A DNA stretch of 64,000 nt from a virus: IMG/VR virus record IMGVR_UViG_3300042893_001581, positions 1 through 64,000 of that record. One strand, 5' to 3'. Below are positions 10,501 to 18,585 of this stretch, in pieces (the stretch's first letter is position 1; every line of letters begins with the position of its first letter). The notes beneath the pieces are model-generated. The model ran no database searches. It saw only the letters and a list, made by a program, of their open reading frames with translations, and was not told the DNA's origin. The translations under genes were made by a program, and so were the position numbers.

Positions 10501-12913
10501 TTGATCCTGATGTTCCAGAAGAGCCGCTAGATCCTGAAGTACCGCTAGACCCAGTTGAACCAGAAGATCCAGATAAGCCCGATGTACCTGACGTGCCAGT
10601 ACTACCACTTGTGCCTGCAGAACCAGATTCTCCAGATGAACCAGAAGACCCTGCACTGCCGCTTGTACCAGTTGACCCTGAGGTTCCTGTAGAACCACTA
10701 GACCCGGATGTTCCAGTGCTACCACTAGTACCTGTAGATCCAGAGGTTCCGGTTGAGCCTGAAGTACCAGAAGAACCATTTTGTCCAGATGTACCTGAGC
10801 TACCTGATGTTCCACTTGAACCTGATGTACCGCTTGTACCTGATGAGCCAGAAGCCCCAGCTGTATTATAATATAATTGTCCTGTAGTTTCGTCTATAAC
10901 TACAAAACGAGATAAGTTATTTAGTGTAAGGTCTTTAACAGCTAAAGAACCAGTTACAGAAACACTACCAGTAAATTGATGAGTATTAGATAGTTGCGAT
11001 CCAAATATAGTAGATCCTGTTACAAAATCAACAGACGATGTAATTGTTTGAACTACAATTGTTTGTGCAGTTAAAGTGCCTCTTACTGTAAAATTATCAG
11101 CTGAAGATGCTGTTAAGGAATTTCTAGCCCAACTAGCACTACCATTTAAACTTCCTGTAATACCTCCTGATACTTGTAGAGATCCTGATATCTGCACTTC
11201 ATTTCCTGCAGCGTATATAAGATTACTTCTATTGCTGTCATCAGTTCCATTACCTACAATAAAAGCTGCGGGTACGGATGATGTAGCATTCCATTGGCCC
11301 TGTACGTGTTGGTGATTAGCTAATGCTATTGTTTGATAACCTTCGGCATGTGAATATGAGCCTGATGCTATTGTTTCTTGGCCTTCGGCATGTGAGTAGT
11401 CTCCTATTGCTTGGGTAAAATCTCCTTCAGCATGTGAGTAGTTTCCTATTGCTTTAGTAATACTTCCTTCAGCATGTGAGTATTCTCCTGTTGCTATATT
11501 TCCCTCTAATCCTTGAATAAGAGAGCCGGTTATAGATAAAGTATTATTTGTATAAGTTAAATTAGACGATGCAGTTGCTGCATTTGTTGTACCATCTGAT
11601 AATATTATTCTGCCTTGACCTGCATTACTAATAGTATTAAATCCTGTTCCTGAAGATCCTGCTGTACCTGCTGATCCAGATGAACCTGATGACCCAGAAG
11701 ATCCTGACGTTCCTGCCTCTCCACTTGTGCCTGAAGATCCTGATGTACCGCTTGAGCCTGTAGAACCAGATGAGCCACTAGATCCGCTAGTACCTGCGGA
11801 TCCACTTGAACCTGTCGATCCTGAACTACCAGATGATCCGCTTTCCCCACTAGTACCAGATGAACCAGAACTACCCGAAGTACCAGATGTTCCAGAGCTT
11901 CCGCTAGATCCAGTTGAGCCAGAACTACCTGATGTTCCCGACTCTCCACTAGTTCCTGAACTACCTGATGATCCAGAACTACCTGAGGTACCAGAAACTC
12001 CACTAGTGCCAGATGATCCAGAGGAACCTGAACTACCTGTACTACCAGACGATCCTGTAGAACCAGAACTTCCAGATGATCCAGAGCTTCCTGATGTACC
12101 AGATTCGCCACTAGATCCACTTGTTCCTGTAGAACCAGATGAACCAGAACTACCGCTCGTACCTGATTCTCCAGAACTTCCTGATGAACCTGATGATCCA
12201 GATGTTCCACTTTCCCCACTCGTACCAGAAGATCCTGATGTTCCAGTACTTCCAGAACTGCCAGATGATCCACTAGATCCAGAAGTACCTGAGCTACCGC
12301 TTGAACCTGAACTACCTGATGAACCTGCAGTGCCACTAGTTCCACTAGTAGCAGCAGTAAACGAAGAGCCATTTATAGTTAAAGATCCAGTTATACTTAC
12401 TGAGCCAGTAAACTGATGTGTATTTGAAAGTTGAGAGCCAAATATAGTAGAACCAGTTACAAAATCAGTTGATGATGTAATTGTTTGAGCTACAATTGTT
12501 TGAGCTGTTAATGTACCTCTTACTATAAAATTATCGGCAGATGATGCTGTTGCAGCTAAGGTTGCATTTTGAGCCTGTACTACATCATTAATATTATAGT
12601 TTTCTGTATCTCCGTCTCCTTTAATTAATTGAATAGTATCCGGGAATACTTGTATAGCTGTTACAAATGCATTAGGAGTGTTAGATGCGGTAAGTGCATT
12701 TACTGCCCAACTTGCTGTGCCAAAAAAAGATCCTGTAAATGAACCAGATGTATTACCTATTGTAACTATTTGTTCACCATTAGAACCAGATTTTTTAATA
12801 AATGCTAAACCATCATAGGTATTAAGTGCTATCTCACCAAATTGTAAAGACGCTGTGTCGGGTACTCTACCCGGTACTGCGGATCTGCGAAGCTTAAGAA
12901 ACTGGTTTGACAT
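4544..12913 (-). CDS. Giant (2789 aa) modular fibre protein with six Gly-X-Ser collagen-like tracts and a YadA-head-like SHAEG repeat block
   Basis: N-terminal fibre attachment-like motif LQFGEIALNTYDG; six (GTS/GSS)n tracts; repeated NTHQFTGSV and GFNTIxN modules; four YSHAEG repeats at about 11340-11495. Confidence 0.8.
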   Translation of the reverse strand: MSNQFLKLRRSAVPGRVPDTASLQFGEIALNTYDGLAFIKKSGSNGEQIVTIGNTSGSFTGSFFGTASWAVNALTASNTPNAFVTAIQVFPDTIQLIKGDGDTENYNINDVVQAQNATLAATASSADNFIVRGTLTAQTIVAQTITSSTDFVTGSTIFGSQLSNTHQFTGSVSITGSLTINGSSFTAATSGTSGTAGSSGSSGSSGSSGTSGSSGSSGSSGSTGTSGSSGTSGESGTSGSSGSSGSSGESGTSGSSGSSGSTGTSGSSGESGTSGSSGSSGSSGSTGSSGSTGSSGSSGSSGTSGVSGTSGSSGSSGSSGTSGESGTSGSSGSTGSSGSSGTSGTSGSSGSSGTSGESGSSGSSGSTGSSGSAGTSGSSGSSGSTGSSGTSGSSGTSGEAGTSGSSGSSGSSGSAGTAGSSGTGFNTISNAGQGRIILSDGTTNAATASSNLTYTNNTLSITGSLIQGLEGNIATGEYSHAEGSITKAIGNYSHAEGDFTQAIGDYSHAEGQETIASGSYSHAEGYQTIALANHQHVQGQWNATSSVPAAFIVGNGTDDSNRSNLIYAAGNEVQISGSLQVSGGITGSLNGSASWARNSLTASSADNFTVRGTLTAQTIVVQTITSSVDFVTGSTIFGSQLSNTHQFTGSVSVTGSLAVKDLTLNNLSRFVVIDETTGQLYYNTAGASGSSGTSGTSGSSGTSGSSGTSGQNGSSGTSGSTGTSGSTGTSGSTGTSGSSGSTGTSGSTGTSGSAGSSGSSGESGSAGTSGSTGTSGTSGLSGSSGSTGSSGTSGSSGSSGTSGSTGTSGSSGTAGSSGTSGESGTSGSSGSTGSSGTSGATGASGSSGTSGSSGTSGSSGTAGSSGTSGANGSSGSSGSSGSTGTSGSSGSTGTSGSSGISGANGSSGSSGTSGTSGSSGTSGTGFNTINNPGANRIILSDGTTNAATASTNLSFSNNTLQVTGSISTNGTITAQTLIVQNITASQEYITGSTIFGSLLTNTHQFTGSVNITGSLTINGTSFTTATSGTSGTSGSSGTAGSSGSSGSSGSTGTSGSSGSAGSSGTAGSSGTSGANGSSGSSGSSGTSGANGSSGSSGSSGTSGANGSSGSSGSSGTSGANGSSGSSGTSGTSGSSGTSGANGSSGSSGSSGTSGTGFNTITNPADNRVITSLGTTNTANAEANLTFDGTTLNVVGALVVSGSALSKITAGTVGGDEGGELLLGRPETNTTLTGSGVTIDIWQNRLRFFEQGGNARGYFIDITTGGAGVGTNLVATGTSGTSGNTGSSGTSGANGTSGSSGSSGTSGVSGTSGFSGTSGSSGSTGTSGSSGTSGANGSSGTSGSSGTTGTSGSSGSTGTSGSSGTSGISGTSGSSGSTGTSGSSGSTGTAGSSGTSGSSGTSGSSGSTGTSGSSGSSGTSGSSGTSGTSGSSGSSGSSGTSGTGFNTITNPVDNRILTSLGTTNTANAEANLTFDGTTLTVTGNIVAQTLNVQQITSSTDFVTGSTKFGTLLSNTHQFTGSVSITGSLTINGTSFTAATSGTSGTSGANGTNGSSGTSGSSGTSGSSGSTGTSGSSGTAGSSGSSGTSGSTGTSGSSGSTGTSGSSGTSGSSGTSGANGSSGTSGSSGTSGTSGSSGTSGTNGSAGTSGSSGTSGSSGTSGTSGSSGSSGTSGTGFNTINNAAVGRVLVSDGTTNTATASAILTVSGNTTTVSGSLTVLQNLTVLGSASITYISQSTLNIGTNLITVNTNSPSVRFGGLAVIDSGSSPQVSGSFLYDSLHDEWLSVHKTDTNAGVTSSHFLQGPETYNNIGNEIYIAANVIIKGTGNEHVAPSNITDNGTTININGKTNITGSLFVSSSVSASIFANPGGNILLIPSGGAGINTASVVLYGGIDWVREPNATQTEIGDLVSFGGTMGIIDGGALTTASGLTIQVAESVGYVMTTGNYPNHNLRKINTRGSTDVSRQITLPANADRYVYYNSSGNLTSSATEPNSRFNVPIGRVMTDNSSVVYIDRTPLDAHHYANYVDRLFRDALGPIFQSGGITTQGIVSRSLDVTSAIFFFSEHRVTTTGATPITFDALYRSGSSGTGIGGSAFTRVASQTTASNTLYDSASFGTLQSIPSGKYVKHSLYMIGLPTTQYFLVYGQDLYDNVEAAEAGNLPTPPSFVTEQFALFASIVVTPNSSSIQSIIDERPRLGFASPSRTGIVTLHGNLLGLEADDHPQYVLVDGTRAMTGDLNLGANDINNVNTISATSITSSLFGTASWAQNALTASSAENFTVRGTLTAQTIVAQTITSSTDFVTGSTKFGTLLSNTHQFTGSVNITGSLTINGSSFTAATSGTSGTSGANGTSGSSGTSGSSGSSGTSGSSGTSGSSGSTGTSGSTGTSGSSGTSGSSGISGSSGTSGSSGSSGTSGANGSSGTSGSSGTSGSSGTSGANGSSGTSGSSGTSGSSGTSGSSGTSGTRGSSGTSGSSGSTGTSGSSGSSGTSGSSGTSGSSGTSGANGSSGSSGSSGSSGSSGTSGSSGTSGSSGTSGSSGSTGSSGTSGSSGSSGTSGSSGSSGTSGSSGSSGTSGANGSSGSSGSSGSSGTSGTGFNTITNPVTGRVLTSLGTTNTANAEANLNFLNNVLQVTGSIVTNGSITAQTLNVQQVTSSVSFITGSTKFGTLTSNTHQFTGSVSILGGPLDLGIAEFNPTSSTTTAGSLVVSSINTSSFNSAFYNYSISSGSNARAGQIMSIWNGTTIRHTEVTTTDIGNTNSALFAVGISGANVQLQFTSSGVWTVKSIANLL

Positions 12914-12973
12914 GTGCCCTTTGTTGATTTAGTATATACTTGCTAAAAGACTATATAGCCTCACGTATAAATA

Positions 12974-13195
12974 TTAGTAATCTCCTAAATCCATAGTATC
13001 AAAGCTGCCAGAATCTCCAAAAGAATCAATATTTTGTATAGTCAATGAACCTGTCTTTTGAGATGTAGAAGTTATATAGACAGATCCTGATATAACGAAG
13101 TCATTACTTTGTCCACTACCACTTAAAGTTAGTTGTGAATTAGCTTCATTATATTGAAGATTAGATAATATTTGTTTAAATTTTAACCTTGCCAT
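12974..13195 (-). CDS. Small hypothetical structural protein
   Basis: 73-aa ORF in the structural operon, beta-rich SGS motifs, ends MDLGDY. Confidence 0.55.
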   Translation of the reverse strand: MARLKFKQILSNLQYNEANSQLTLSGSGQSNDFVISGSVYITSTSQKTGSLTIQNIDSFGDSGSFDTMDLGDY

Positions 13196-13196
13196 A

Positions 13197-14459
13197 TTAG
13201 TTAAATTTACCTACTCCTATAATAACATCAGATGCTTCTAAATTATATTGTAAAGCAGTAGTATTTAGTATTAATGTAGAAGACGTTGTATTATCAGTAA
13301 AGCTTGTTATACTAGTAGCTTCTACATATTGACCGTTTACAAAAAATGTAAAATTAGTTACACTAGTTGCAGGAAGTCCTGATGGAGCTGTTAAAAATCC
13401 ATTCGGGAATGTTACTGTATTAGAAGATACAAATGTTCCTGTAACTGTCTTATTGGTATTTAAATAATTTATTGCAGCCACGTCAGTACCAGTATTGTTA
13501 GTTATATTATTTACAATATTCACAGAATCGTTTAATAGTACAGATTTAGATCCACCAGATTTTCCTTTTTTAACTCTAGCATTAAATTCTTCAGTTCCAC
13601 TAGAAGTTTCTAGTCCAAATATCACTCTAGAAATACCGTAAGCATTAGATGGAGCCGCTAGTTTTCTATTTAGAGTATCAGGAATTAAGTACCCATTTAA
13701 AGTAATAGTAAAGTTTGTTCTAACCGCACGGTTGTCACCTATATCATAGGTTATGCTATCTTGAAATGATTCAATTGAACTGTAGAAAAGAAAGCGGTTA
13801 GGATCACCCCAATAGCTTCTGGATGCGAAGTTTACTGATTCAACAAGTTTATCCATTTGCTCAACAAAATAAGTCCATAGAATACATTCATACTCTACAG
13901 TTATATAGTCTGGGGTTGCTGATACTACATATTTTGTTTCTGGCACTCTATTATTTAGTACGCCAAAATTACTATAGACATTTCTTTTACTAAAAGATTT
14001 TTTAAATAGTTGAACGTTGTGTGCTTGATTACCATCTAATTTATAACCTAGATCGCGATTTTGAGTTATAGAACTTCTCTTAAACATTAAAAGAGGCGCC
14101 ATTAACTTTTCATTTTGATCTCTATAATAACCGTCTCTTTGAACACTTTTCCAGTTTTCAGGAGTGCCATAAATTATAGGAACAGTTAGTTTAGCATTAT
14201 TTTGTACAACAGATAATTTAAGATAGTTATTAAAATAGTACATCAATGCTTCATCAACATCTTTAATACCAATAGTAAAGTCTTTATCTCCATCTTTTCT
14301 TTCACTTATTTCATAAGCTCTATTTTGTTCTGGTTGTCCTAGTTTAGTTGGTTCAGAAAAAGGTTTTTGTACAGTACCCTCACTTGGTGCATAAGCAGGC
14401 CCAATGAGTTTACTCATAAATTCTTTTCTATTCTCAGGTCTAACTACTTGTATCGCCAT
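13197..14459 (-). CDS. Putative tail terminator/sheath stabiliser (T4 gp15-like) with C-terminal extension
   Basis: Follows the neck genes; VPIIYGTPENW and PDYITVEYECILWT..EQMDKLVE resemble gp15-family motifs. Confidence 0.55.
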   Translation of the reverse strand: MAIQVVRPENRKEFMSKLIGPAYAPSEGTVQKPFSEPTKLGQPEQNRAYEISERKDGDKDFTIGIKDVDEALMYYFNNYLKLSVVQNNAKLTVPIIYGTPENWKSVQRDGYYRDQNEKLMAPLLMFKRSSITQNRDLGYKLDGNQAHNVQLFKKSFSKRNVYSNFGVLNNRVPETKYVVSATPDYITVEYECILWTYFVEQMDKLVESVNFASRSYWGDPNRFLFYSSIESFQDSITYDIGDNRAVRTNFTITLNGYLIPDTLNRKLAAPSNAYGISRVIFGLETSSGTEEFNARVKKGKSGGSKSVLLNDSVNIVNNITNNTGTDVAAINYLNTNKTVTGTFVSSNTVTFPNGFLTAPSGLPATSVTNFTFFVNGQYVEATSITSFTDNTTSSTLILNTTALQYNLEASDVIIGVGKFN

Positions 14460-14950
14460 TATAATCTATCTTTAGTTATACCAAGTTTATCAGGATCAGT
14501 ATAGTGACCAGTTAAAATAATAGAATAAGATTGTCCGAATCCTTCAACAGGTGTTGAATAAGAATAATCAGGATCTTTACCTAAGACTAACTGATTCTCA
14601 TTTGTATTATTTATTTCATAATAAACTTCATTATACATAACTACATCACCTAGTTCTGGAATAATGTTTGCTTCAATTAAATGATCTTTAAAGAATCTAA
14701 AGTCAACAGATCTTTCTGTATCAGGACCGTAGTCTGTACTTATTCTGCTAAAATCCCCTCTTACTATCAATACTGGTATTAAAACAGGACCAATAAAATA
14801 CTTAGTTAAAGCTTCACCATATATATTTACAGGAGTATCGTTTAACTTTATTTTATAATAACCAACTTGTTGAGACACAATATCTTCAACGATCTCCTTT
14901 GTGAAGATCTTAAACGTAGCCACATCCCTAGTTGATCCAAACATTGCCAT
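14459..14950 (-). CDS. Neck/head-closure protein (T4 gp14-like)
   Basis: NIYGEA...PELGDVVMYNEVYYEIN pattern; lies between gp13-like and gp15-like genes. Confidence 0.6.
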   Translation of the reverse strand: MAMFGSTRDVATFKIFTKEIVEDIVSQQVGYYKIKLNDTPVNIYGEALTKYFIGPVLIPVLIVRGDFSRISTDYGPDTERSVDFRFFKDHLIEANIIPELGDVVMYNEVYYEINNTNENQLVLGKDPDYSYSTPVEGFGQSYSIILTGHYTDPDKLGITKDRL

Positions 14951-14951
14951 A

Positions 14952-16127
14952 TTATCCTATGTATATAAACATCGGCACCTCATTTAATGTGCTTGATATT
15001 GATTGATTTTCAGATTGTTTACGTTCTAACTGTGCTCTACGACTCATGTCTTCAAAATCACCTCTAAGTCTTTCTCTAAGAGCCGTTTGTTGATCGCGAC
15101 CTTTAGTTATTAAGTCTCCAGAATTTAAAGTAACTTCAGATCCTGGTGCTGGAATTTGTGAGTACTTGCCTCTAATTAGACCGAGAAGTTCTGAAGCTAA
15201 TGCTAAAGTATATTCATAGATCCACTGTCTACCTGGATGATTAATCTGTCTATATGTGATAGTTGAATATGGAGCTAAGCCTGGATTAGAAATTAAACTT
15301 TGATCATTACCATAAGGACTATTTCCTGTTATACTTCTTACTTCACTTTGTTTTGCATAATCAATCCATACAACGATACCATCTTTATCAGGAAAAGGAA
15401 ATATAGTTAGTTTATTATTTGTTATAGAGAAAGAATACATTGAACGTCTAACAGTATTAGACATTTCAATCTCTTGTATTCTAGATATATCCCAATAAAT
15501 AGGAAATAAAACAAAGTTTAGACCAGGAGAATAACTCGCCCAACCAAAGTTTTCAGTTGCTCCTTGATAATTTATACTACCTCCAATATATGGATCATAG
15601 TATTGATTAATTGCTGGCTGAGATTCATAATAAATTCTATTAACTACTAATCTATCTCCAGGAGCTATTAAGCTTCCAGATAATGCCCAAGCTTGTAAAT
15701 CATATGTTTGTTGACTAGATGTTAAATATAAAACACTTTTATATTGATCAACAAAGCCACCTACTTGAATAGGAGTGCCGTAATTTTCAGCTACAGTAAT
15801 TATAGAGTTTAAATTAGGTACTACTACAGTATTATTTAGTATAGATCCTGTAGATCCACCTTCTAAAGAAAGATAGTTGTCTTTTATTTTAGATTGATAA
15901 AGCTCTTCTGCATAAATAGAAACGGCTTCTTCAAAGCAAGCATAAAAATTTATGTCTTGCAACTCTACTTCCATTATGGGATATCCTAGTTTACGAGCAC
16001 AATAGTTTGCTACTTTAGGACCATCTGCTTGGAAATTAGGATCTGAATCATAGAAACCAAATGGAGTAGAACCTGAAATTGCTCCAGGAGTTCCATCATA
16101 TATTACTGTTGTTGCTGTAGATGCCAT
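14952..16127 (-). CDS. Neck/head-tail adaptor protein (T4 gp13-like)
   Basis: YCARKLGYPIMEVEL...WIYEYTLALASELLGLIRGKY...VTLNSGDL...PMFIYIG, characteristic of the gp13 family. Confidence 0.8.
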   Translation of the reverse strand: MASTATTVIYDGTPGAISGSTPFGFYDSDPNFQADGPKVANYCARKLGYPIMEVELQDINFYACFEEAVSIYAEELYQSKIKDNYLSLEGGSTGSILNNTVVVPNLNSIITVAENYGTPIQVGGFVDQYKSVLYLTSSQQTYDLQAWALSGSLIAPGDRLVVNRIYYESQPAINQYYDPYIGGSINYQGATENFGWASYSPGLNFVLFPIYWDISRIQEIEMSNTVRRSMYSFSITNNKLTIFPFPDKDGIVVWIDYAKQSEVRSITGNSPYGNDQSLISNPGLAPYSTITYRQINHPGRQWIYEYTLALASELLGLIRGKYSQIPAPGSEVTLNSGDLITKGRDQQTALRERLRGDFEDMSRRAQLERKQSENQSISSTLNEVPMFIYIG

Positions 16128-16792
16128 TAATCGTGTGCTTTATATATTTCAAGAATATGTTCTACTATTGGATCACGATGATTTGTTTTCAAAGTGATTA
16201 CTGCAAAACCAGGCACCTCTTTAAAGTTAGTGCATATGAAATTAAAACCAGATTGTTTTTTGTCTTTAAGATCTATCTGTGCGCTATCTCCACATATAAT
16301 CATTGTTGTTCCACTACAGATACGACCTAGCACAAGTTGCATTTGTTGAGAAGTAATATTCTGCCCTTCATCTACAACTACACAACAATTACTTAAATTT
16401 CTTCCTCTCATGAATGCTAAAGGTATTACTTCAATATTACCTTCTGCTAATTCTTTATCTATCTTTTCCTTATTATAGAGTCTATACATGTTGTCATATA
16501 TAGCTGCCGTATAAGGAGCTAATTTATCTTCTTTAGAACCAGGTAAAAAACCTATGTCTTCTCCTGATGTTACTGCTGGCCTTGTTAAAATAATTCTTTC
16601 AACTTCTTTACGAAATAGCAAATCAAGTGCTATTTGCGCTGCGATTAAAGATTTTCCTGAACCAGCCTGTCCTCTTAAAACTGTTATTTTATTATTTAAT
16701 ATAATTGACTTGGCTTCTTTCTGTTCTTCATTAAGTTGCACTTGAAACCTAATCTCATTCTTGGGTCTACGCTTAGCACTTTTGTCAACCAT
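16127..16792 (-). CDS. phoH: PhoH-like ATPase (start revised to MVDKSAK at 16792)
   Basis: GQAGSGKS Walker A, LTRPAV, GFLPG, PLAFMRGR, DEGQN, GDSAQIDL. The longer start in the track lies inside the terminator; a late promoter motif sits at 16810-16817. Confidence 0.92.
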   Translation of the reverse strand: MVDKSAKRRPKNEIRFQVQLNEEQKEAKSIILNNKITVLRGQAGSGKSLIAAQIALDLLFRKEVERIILTRPAVTSGEDIGFLPGSKEDKLAPYTAAIYDNMYRLYNKEKIDKELAEGNIEVIPLAFMRGRNLSNCCVVVDEGQNITSQQMQLVLGRICSGTTMIICGDSAQIDLKDKKQSGFNFICTNFKEVPGFAVITLKTNHRDPIVEHILEIYKAHD

Positions 16793-16832
16793 ATTATAAC
16801 GCCTTTCAAATAAATATTGATTAATAGTAAAT

Positions 16833-16864
16833 AAAAAACCCAACCTTACGGGGTTGGGCTTTTA
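16833..16864 (-). terminator. Rho-independent terminator after the major capsid gene
   Basis: Minus strand AGCCCAACC-CCGTAA-GGTTGGGTT followed by a T run, about 20 nt after the MCP stop. Confidence 0.85.
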
Positions 16865-16884
16865 TAATCTATAGTAGAGTTAAA

Positions 16885-18561
16885 TTACACTACGTTAAGA
16901 TCAGATACTACTACCAAGCCATAGTATTCAGGACGTACCATAGTCATTGCGTAACGAGTCAAGATACCTTTTCTTGGAGTGAAGGTATTTGGATCGTACA
17001 CAAGTGGAGTCATGATCAATGGAACATATGGAGAGTATACAGCGCCACACTCTAAGAACTGATTGCCACGGAAACCGAGCAAGATAACGTTCTCAAGCAT
17101 GTAAGGGTTTTTGTAAACCTTATAACGACTGTTCAACTGACCTACTTTTTGTACACCAAAAGCATACTTCATTGTATCAGCTGCACCATCAGTATCAGCA
17201 GCAAATCCTGGGATAGACTCAAGAATTGTAGCTACAGTTGGAGAAACTACCATGAAGTTAGCACCACCACGCAAAGTACGCTGATGGATAATGTTAGACA
17301 CTTTCTGAAGTTTGATGCCCAAAGTTTGGAACCAACTCATTTGAGTGTAATAAACACCATCAGTATTGCTTGTGAAAGCAGTCTTTGCAGTGTTGATTTG
17401 ATTACCAACCTTAGCTGACCAATACTCAACAGTTGGCGCATTTTGAATTAACATATCCAATACTTCCAAATCAATCTCAAGAGAGATGTGCTCAGAAAGA
17501 AGGCCAGTCAATTCAGCTTCAGCGTCAAGAGAATGGTAAGCATTCAAGTCTTGTGCAAATTCTGGAGTCCATTGTGCTTTCAACTTACGAGTTTTAGCAC
17601 TGATTGTTTGAGACTTCATTTGTACGTTGATCTCAGGGATAACGATTGAAGTTGCAGACAAACTGTTTGGAACAGATGGGTTACCAGTTCTATCTTCAAA
17701 ATCACCACGACTGTTAAAGTCTGTTTGTTTATTATAGAAAACAGTAAAGTTTGCTGCACCAACTGCAATTGCACCACCTTTGTTAACTATAAAATTAACA
17801 AAAACTCCAGCAGCACTAGATGATAGAGCAGTAAACTGTTGCAAGTTTTCTGCATTACCGATAGCCGCAGTAGAAGAAGAAATAGTAAATGCTCTAACAC
17901 CCAATTGATTCAATGTAGAATCAATAGAAGATGTAGGGATTGTAAGCTTTGTTAAGCTTTTAGCTACAATTGATGCAGAATAATTACTGTCAAATTCAAC
18001 ATCAGCAAAAGTAGCAGATGCAGAAGCAAATCCTGATACAGATGAAGATAGTGAAGAACTAAATTGGTTCAAAGAATAACCAAAACGTCCAGCACCATAA
18101 AGAGCGCCTTCAGCAAGGTTACCAAAGTTTGCACTTGGAGTACCATAAATAGAATCACCAGCAGTGAAAGGATTCTTAGTGTTTCCGTATTGGAAATCAA
18201 GATAGAATACCAAACCTGCAGGAAGATTCATCGGCTGTACAGAAACGAATTCTTTAGCAGCGATTTGACCAAATACCTTACGTACCAATGGAAGAGCTAC
18301 ACCAGCCCACTGCTCACCAGTGCCAGGAGTAAAGGTTGCACCACCAGAGTTAAGGCCGCCGTTAGTGTTAGAAGATTCAACTACAAGCTGTTTAGCTTGG
18401 TTTTCGAGGATTACGGCCATGTTGTTGGCGTCGTAATCATGCATGCCCTCGAGAAGGCCTGACTTGCTCCACTTTTTAGCAAGACGCTGAGCAACACCAT
18501 GTTGATCAGAGAAAGCTGTACCAGCGGATTCAGTCAATAAAGATTGTACTAAATTTGCCAT
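16885..18561 (-). CDS. gp23: Major capsid protein (T4 gp23-like)
   Basis: LPLVRKVF, VSVQPMNLPAGLVFYL, AKTRKLKAQWTPEFAQDLNAYHSLDAEAEL, YSPYVPL, DPNTFTPRKGILTRY. Confidence 0.96.
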   Translation of the reverse strand: MANLVQSLLTESAGTAFSDQHGVAQRLAKKWSKSGLLEGMHDYDANNMAVILENQAKQLVVESSNTNGGLNSGGATFTPGTGEQWAGVALPLVRKVFGQIAAKEFVSVQPMNLPAGLVFYLDFQYGNTKNPFTAGDSIYGTPSANFGNLAEGALYGAGRFGYSLNQFSSSLSSSVSGFASASATFADVEFDSNYSASIVAKSLTKLTIPTSSIDSTLNQLGVRAFTISSSTAAIGNAENLQQFTALSSSAAGVFVNFIVNKGGAIAVGAANFTVFYNKQTDFNSRGDFEDRTGNPSVPNSLSATSIVIPEINVQMKSQTISAKTRKLKAQWTPEFAQDLNAYHSLDAEAELTGLLSEHISLEIDLEVLDMLIQNAPTVEYWSAKVGNQINTAKTAFTSNTDGVYYTQMSWFQTLGIKLQKVSNIIHQRTLRGGANFMVVSPTVATILESIPGFAADTDGAADTMKYAFGVQKVGQLNSRYKVYKNPYMLENVILLGFRGNQFLECGAVYSPYVPLIMTPLVYDPNTFTPRKGILTRYAMTMVRPEYYGLVVVSDLNVV

Positions 18562-18585
18562 TTTGTTGTTAATTTTGTTTTTTTG

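Noticed and set aside
81-12416. Long plus-strand Pro/Glu/Val/Asp-rich ORFs and minus-strand Leu/Val/Gln/His-rich ORFs
   Set aside because: They are antisense and alternate-frame shadows of the Gly-X-Ser repeats, whose codons lack stops in those frames. They coincide with the tracts and have no independent expression signals.
16793-16843. Longer N-termini in the ORF track for phoH (also starts at 31321, 31574, 36411 and 46672)
   Set aside because: These extensions overlap a terminator or upstream genes; downstream ATGs fit coupling, promoter position and leader patterns better.
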